From positions 124,001 to 188,000 of the forward strand of contig NW_026782172.1 of assembly GCF_031769215.1 (NCBI RefSeq): a DNA stretch of 64,000 bases. The letters run 5' to 3'. This document shows positions 57,776-64,000 of the stretch, one piece after another. Under the pieces are notes generated by a model. It was given only the letters and a program-made list of their open reading frames with translations, made no database searches and was not told where the DNA came from. Made by a program: the position numbers and the translations under genes. This DNA comes from Ylistrum balloti (Eukaryota). Each line of letters opens with the position of its first letter. The first letter of the stretch is position 1.

Positions 57776-60744
57776 TAGAGCTGTCCGGTTAACCGAAAAG
57801 GCAACTCGATATCGGTAGTCTCAAAAAACCGGAAATACGAACCGAGCATGCGCACAAATAACCGTACTTTCGGTATCAACAGTAACAACGTGGTTATGGC
57901 GGGCAGCGTCAAGCAAAGCAGTCCTGTGTGGCTATATTTCGAGAAACTAAGAAAAAATGAAACATTCGCTAAATGTAAATTATGCCCGGGAGGTAAAAAG
58001 GTTGCAGCACGTTATGGTAATACCAGCAATCTCACGCGACATATCGAAACTTCGCATAAAACCGAAGCAGTACAGCTGAAAAAAGCTCTCGAAGAGAAGG
58101 CATCGCTGAAGCGTAAATTGAAGGTAAGTTTCTAAGAAAAAAAAAACAGTCGTGTGTTCAACTCAAGTTACCTAATAATACAGACTTTCGGGCAATGTTT
58201 CTTGCAGTCTAAAGTACACGGGGCCGTTTTCGTTTTTCAAATGGATTATATGAACGATCAAATGCATGCGGAAATAAAAGCTTTCTTTTGAGAGATCGTT
58301 TCGAAATGGCCACACTTTTAAAGAGACGTACCCAGACATGAATAATATATGGGAATAATAATCACGATCCCTAATAAAGTAAGATAAATAGATAAAAAAA
58401 AAAGATAAAAATATTTGGAAAATGAATTAAATTAAAAGATTTATGAATGAATGATAGCTTGGGAGAGTAAATAGATGGATTGTTTGAATTTAAATTTGAA
58501 TTCATATTTCAAATATATTATAGGCCCTACCTATAATTGGGAATATTCTGCTCGTTCCAGGATGAAGCAGTCCCCAGCGAATCCCCAGGAACATCAAGTA
58601 AACAAACAAAAATGGTGCCTTTCCTACAGGACAAAAAGTGGGGCTCTCAGGACAAGAGACAGAGAGATTGTAATAAAAAATTAACTGAAATGATATGTAT
58701 TGACCTTCAGCCTGTCAGCATCGTAAATGACCAGGGTTTTCGTGAATTCATTCATTGCCTTCAGCCAGCTTACAATATCCCAAATCGCAAGGTCATAAGA
58801 GACTCATTAAGTCCAAAGGCATATATGGAGCAATCGTCAGTGATAAAATCAAAACTGAAGGATTGTGTGTCCTTGGGCATTACTCTAGATCATTGGACCT
58901 CAGTAGCACAAGATGCCTACATGGCAGTGACCGCTCACTTCTTATCAGATAACTTCACCATCAGTGACTACTGCTTAAATGTTGCACATATGCCTGAATC
59001 ACACACAGCAGTGAACATATCTGAAGCTCTACTTTCCTGCCTCGACGTATGGATCCCAGATTATAACGAAAGGACATTGAAGATCTATGTTGTGACAGAT
59101 AATGCATCAAATGTGCAAGCAGCTATGAGACAACTTCCATCTTCTAAGTTCGTTCCTCTCAATTGCTTTGCTCATACATTACAACTTGCTGTGAACGATG
59201 CAGTCAAGAAATTCTTCGGGCTTGAAAAAGTAATTGCGAAGGCTAAAGTTATCACTAAACATTTTCATGCAAGCGCAAAGGATACACACAGCCTTGCTGA
59301 GAAGCAGAAATCATTGGGTGTGCCTGTGCATCGTCTGAAGAGTGAATGCCCAACAAGGTGGAATTCATTGTATTATTTACTGGAGAGACTAGTCGAGCAA
59401 AGAGAATCAGTAACCGCTGTATTAGCTACGAACGATAAGATAAATGATCTTAAAAAATCTGAGTGGAAGATCGCTGCAAGTTATGTAAGTGCCCTGAAAC
59501 CATTTGAGGATGCAACAAACATGATGTCTGCGTCTAGATATGCTACAAGCTCAATGATAATCCCAGTCCTGCACGTTTTGAATGAGCAGATGAAAGACGT
59601 TGAAATGAATGACTTTGGAAAGCAGATACATGCCAACATCAATGCCAGATGGCCTGAATATGAGATGAAGCTTGAGTTTGCAATACCCACATACCTCGAT
59701 CCCAGGTTCAAGAATTATGGGTTCAATGATGACACAGCCAGAGACCGGACAGCAAAAGAAATAGTGCAGCTGATGTTAGACAATGCTAAAAATCCTCAAG
59801 TTATCGAAACTCCGAGTGCATGTGAATCTGACATCAAAAAGCAGTCTGCTAGTGCGACTGAGTCATCAGAGACTGCTACGACGTCAAAGAAGACTGTGTG
59901 GGAAATATTCAAGAAAATGGTAGATAAGAAGAAGCAGACTGCTTCCGAGCACTCAACTGATAATCTACGGGAAAAGATGGAACATGAACTTCAGTTGTTT
60001 TGTAGTGAGGAACTTTTGGAACCTGAGAAATCTCCATTCGACTGGTGGAAAACAAACAAGACTAGGTACTCAAACCTTGCAAAGTTGGCACAGGTTTTTC
60101 TTTCGATACCAGCCACCTCTGTTCCTAGCGAGCGCATGTTCAGCAAATCTGGTCTCATCATCTCCAATCGAAGATCCTGTCTTGAGCCATTTTTTGCTGA
60201 GCAACTTACCTTTCTCGGACATAACCTGCGACAGTGAACTGTGGTACTGACTTGGTTGAGAAGGAAAATTAACACCCTGATGTGTTCAAAAAATCAGTTT
60301 TGTTCAATACTCATTCATGGCACAAGAAGTGTTAGTCAGTCTAGTCTTGCCTATGTTATTATTGTTACTGTTTTCTTTGAACCATATTGCACACTTGCAG
60401 CTCCATAACAAGTTTCGAATTTTGAAACTCCAGACTGTGTTATAACATATTCATTATAGCTGAAACCAAACCTGTTATATTTTCTATTATTTTTTTCTGT
60501 CTTGTTACTGTTGATAGGTTTGTGCATTCTTGTTGAAATACCAGGTGGTATATTTTTTGTTTCTCTTTCATGTTTGAGTTGGAATATCATATTTTGTTAT
60601 TTATTTTATTGTCTCACGAGTTGTGAACCAGTTATAGATCTATTGTTGAATAAAACCGAAAACCGAAACCGAGAATCAACTTTTAATCAAGTAACCGAAT
60701 CGAAACCGAAACCGAAGGTCAATTCCCATAACCGGACAGCTCTA
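57776..60744 (+). mobile_element. Complete hAT DNA transposon, 2969 bp
   Basis: Perfect 16-bp TIR TAGAGCTGTCCGGTTA, 8-bp TSD CATGATAT (57768-57775 and 60745-60752; single in HERO copy 1), subterminal AACCGAAA repeats. Confidence 0.97.
57896..60237 (+). CDS. hAT transposase, about 634 aa; join(57896..58123,58561..60237)
   Basis: BED finger (VWLYF...CKLC...HIETSH), donor gtaagt and acceptor gttccag in phase 0. TLDHW, TDNA, CFAHTLQL, TRWNS, SVPSERMFS motifs; no stops. Confidence 0.92.
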
Positions 60745-61123
60745 CATGATATGCAGTAGTAGTTGGTGGTCCCTTCTCTCCAGCTCTCACAAACTGTATG
60801 TGAGGTTTACGAGGTTCTATCAGTGACCTCTTATGACGCCGCTCCTTTTCCAGAATATCTGCTAGGGCAGCTAGAACCTGGTCATGACGCCATCTGTACC
60901 GTCCCTGCTGGAGGGCTACTCTACAGCCTGATAGGATATGTGCAAGTGTGCCTCTTCCACCGCACAAGGAACAAGCTGGATCTTCCAGAAGACCCCACCT
61001 ACACAAGTTGCTTGGAGTTGGCAGTGTGTCATACACAGACCTGAGCATGAAGGATATCCTGAGAGGTTCCATTTTCCACAAGTCTGTCCATGTAATCTTG
61101 CGTTCCGGAAGATTCCATCGCGT
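60745..61123 (-). mobile_element. Second HERO-like copy, 5'-truncated part beyond the hAT insertion
   Basis: Matches about 54028-54396. It retains LPTPSNLC where copy 1 has LPSNLC. Confidence 0.9.
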
Positions 61124-61953
61124 GGACAGATTCCATTATAACCCCCCCCCCCCCTCCCCAATTGTATTTTGGAAAGGGCTAATGTAAGAAGAAATAACTT
61201 GCAAATATTTGCAATAAAATATGTTAAATTCAAAATTCAGAGATCAATGAGAGATCTTGGCACCCACCATGGTTTGATCATTATTTGTTCTTAAAAAGTT
61301 ACATCTTTTTTCTCTTTTTTCCTTAAATAGCAATTATCTAATTCTCTAATCTAAGATATGGTTTCCTGTCAGCCACCATAATTGTTTTCCTTTAAAATGC
61401 CACAATCAAAAGGGCACATGTAAAGACTAAGAGGAATTTGAAAAATTTAGATTGGAATCCTCACAAGAAAAAAACAATAACATCAAACTGTCAAACTCGA
61501 AAATGGCTGGGTGTCAGGTTTTTTTAAACATTCTTTCAATTGGATAATTCACATGAATTTTGAAAATGATACATCCTGTACTTTCCAGTAGTGGTAACAT
61601 ACTAATAATGTCAAAATCCAAGATGGCAACCTGTCCGCCATCCTGTTATTGTATCCGTCCAAAAAGGTACAATGTACAACTAATATCCAAGAAGAACCTA
61701 CATATGAAAACTGAGATCCCAGAAATAGCAATAACAAACTTTTACTTTCAAAATTCAAGATGGCTTGCTGTCAGCAAAAAAGTAAAATGCACAACTAAAG
61801 ACCAAGGGGAACCTGTATATGAATTTGAGAAAGATTCAAGTCGAAATAGTGGTAGCGGGAATTAATTAAGGACTTATGGACGATGGACCATGGACGTAAG
61901 GCGATATTTATTGAATAGCCAACTATCTGCAAAAAAATACTATAACAATTTTC

Positions 61954-62219
61954 TCATTTGCCCAAACCAATAACAGGGGAAACTGAAAATGGGGACATGG
62001 ATGATTGAAAATCAAATGACTGTCCAGGCTGAATTTTCACATCTAGTAATTCAAGTGCAGTTGTAGATTTCCTCTGTAGCTGTAGCATCTCCTCCTGCTG
62101 CTCCAGTAATTTCTCCTGCAGCTTGATTTTCTTTTCTTTATACTCTTTCAAATACTTGAACTTCTCTTTCTCAAGAAGATAAAAATCTTCCTGCAAGTTA
62201 CCTGTACTTTCACTGTTAT
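61954..62219 (-). CDS. Candidate last exon of the Harbinger second (Myb/SANT-type) gene; coiled-coil-like
   Basis: Acceptor tatttacag, open frame EKEKFKYLKEYKEKKIKLQEKLLEQQEEMLQLQRK, convergent to the transposase as expected for Harbingers. The Myb domain itself was not seen. Confidence 0.35.
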
Positions 62220-62351
62220 CTGTAAATATAGTTGTTAATTTCATTGTACTTATTGCTCTTATTCTGATATATACATTTAAATCTGTAGAGATGTTATAGT
62301 AGCTTACCTAGACAAATGTTGGCATCAAACTACTCCATATTGACAAAATAC

Positions 62352-62642
62352 AACAAGCCGAAGCAATACATGTCCCCTACCGGCCCCCCAAAATTCTTTA
62401 GATGCAATTTTCCAAAAATAGTAACAGTGACCTTGACCTTGACCCCATGACTTTGAAACTCAAACTTGTCCAAGATATTTCAATTCTGTACATGTGTGTG
62501 AAGTTTGATGGAAATCCATATAAGAACAATGCCACTAGAGTGCTGACAAGCTTCAGCGGACAGACAAGACAGACAGACGGATGGACAGCGAGGAAAACTA
62601 TAGCCCCACCCCCCTCCAGTTTCACCAGTAGGGGACTAATAA
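62352..62642 (+). mobile_element. HINE (Helentron-associated non-autonomous element)
   Basis: aacaag start, subterminal IR gtcccctaccgg / ccagtaggggac (11/12), tgaccttgaccttgacc core, (GACA)n and 3' hairpin. Confidence 0.8.
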
Positions 62643-63571
62643 TTAAACAATGTAAGTATGTTACAAAAATGTCAATGTAGAAAATGGCAGGAAAAAACTT
62701 AATACATTTTATCCCTTCTTTGGAACTACATTTCAAATCAGCAATCATTAAGAATCATGGCTGCATATACAGAGATATACACAATCCAAGCTCTCTATCC
62801 TTTAAGAATGTATAGGCATACTATACTTACATAGAGATATTTTTCTATTCTTCTTGAACTGAAGAATTGGCTTGGTTTTGGTTGAAGCGTCTTCCACTGA
62901 AATGATTTTTTGCAATTAAATATTTGCATTAAACACAATCTTAGATAAGAACTGTTAAAGACACTGTCTTGTCTCAAGATGTGTCTGAGTGTTATATAAG
63001 TTTTATTATTTAAAGACAAAAGGGAAATCAAAGTCTAGAATTTAGAAACATATCCATCAACATATTACTGTCCTATCGTCAGTACTGGTAAGAGGGAATA
63101 GTTACACTTATATTGTACTTGAACCCTGTCAGCTTAACAAGAACTGTGCCATTCTCTTGGCTATCAGTGTTATGGTCTTTTTGCAATTACACTGACCTTG
63201 ACCCAATTACCTTTTTAACCCCTACCGAGTCTACATATAAATGTACCGCAGCATACATGTATATGTATGGCCATGTTGGACAGATGGGCACTCTGCTTAT
63301 TTTAGGACACCCAAAGCTCAAATGTAAGAGACCAGTTAAGCTTCAACAAAAGCCTGCTGACTGATTAGAAAGTTTAGAAAAAATGCACAACAATATGTCT
63401 AACAATGGAGAAAAAGATATTTAAGTTATTTAGTTCCCTAGAAAGCTAAAAAGCAGGCTTTGTTGCCTGAGCAATTGCTCACTGATGCTTCTTCTGCTGT
63501 ACATGTAGTTACATGCATGTTGGAGCTTGTGCTTGTATTATCTGAAGGAAATAAATACATTTAAAGATTAC

Positions 63572-63604
<33 letters not shown>

Positions 63605-63869
63605 CCAATACCATCCCCCACCACTGCAGTCAGTGACTGCAGTGAATGTGATAAAATAGATTTTTCTTTTTTTGATGATGCAATACAAATGTTATTAAAA
63701 GTGTTGTCTCTTTTAGAGAGTATATGTATTTGAAAATGTAAACAAGTAGTAGTATTATTATAAACATGCACTTGAAATAGCAAACTTGTACAGATAACCT
63801 TTAATAATAATATAAATTTAACACAAACTTTATTTATCAAAGTTGTGAAAAAATTTTTCAACTTTAATC

Positions 63870-64000
63870 ACTCTTGTTGGCCTGTATGAAAGCACCCAAA
63901 TGGTCTTACTCTGGGGGAAATCGGAGTACCTGGGGAAAACCCTCGTGGCAAGGCAGGTGATCCCATACCTTTTCACGTCCATTCTGGGAATCAAACCTGG
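63870..64000 (-). mobile_element. SINE of the same family as 21821-22065, cut by the window end
   Basis: Reverse complement gives ggtttgattccc (B box)...gtgaaaagg...cacctgcc...gggttttccccaggtactccgatttcc. Confidence 0.8.

Larger units (their letters stand above)
51440..64000 (+). mobile_element. PIF/Harbinger transposon hosting nested insertions; left end approximate, right end not seen in window
   Basis: Subterminal tcgtaagtgtaaaactttg repeats (51541-51612), a HARBI1-type transposase on + and a candidate convergent partner gene on -. The extent beyond 53250 is inferred. Confidence 0.55.

Overview
AT-rich, intron-rich animal genomic DNA, probably a bivalve mollusc (inferred from Helentron-type HINEs, a tRNA-derived SINE, Penelope relics and TTAGGG motifs). 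Two host genes were assembled exon by exon with consistent GT-AG sites and phases. (1) A voltage-gated proton channel (Hv/HVCN1 family, + strand, 7 coding exons, 9846-32966, 304 aa) with a roughly 90-aa His-rich S1-S2 extracellular loop and a duplicated exon-6 acceptor. (2) A convergent, compact ADAR1-like deaminase (- strand, 9 coding exons, 50731-36712, 487 aa) with one degenerate dsRBD, intact Zn/Glu catalytic motifs and an apparently shortened base-flipping loop. A single MAM-domain-like exon lies near 5.1 kb. The introns hold several satellites: a 63-bp array built from a crippled hammerhead-ribozyme motif, a GGTGT-type array, a TTAGGG-containing 45/51-bp array open on both strands, and a 25-copy array of 5' splice-site consensus. 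They also hold a perfect 82-bp hairpin, Penelope, CR1 and Crypton relics and HINEs; a solo LTR lies just 3' of the Hv stop. The last 12.5 kb is a transposon nest: a Harbinger containing tandem HERO-type RLE retrotransposons, one interrupted by an intact hAT (16-bp TIR, 8-bp TSD). All gene models are manual and unverified by RNA data. Residue equivalences to human proteins are by-eye alignments from recalled sequences. No database searches were run.
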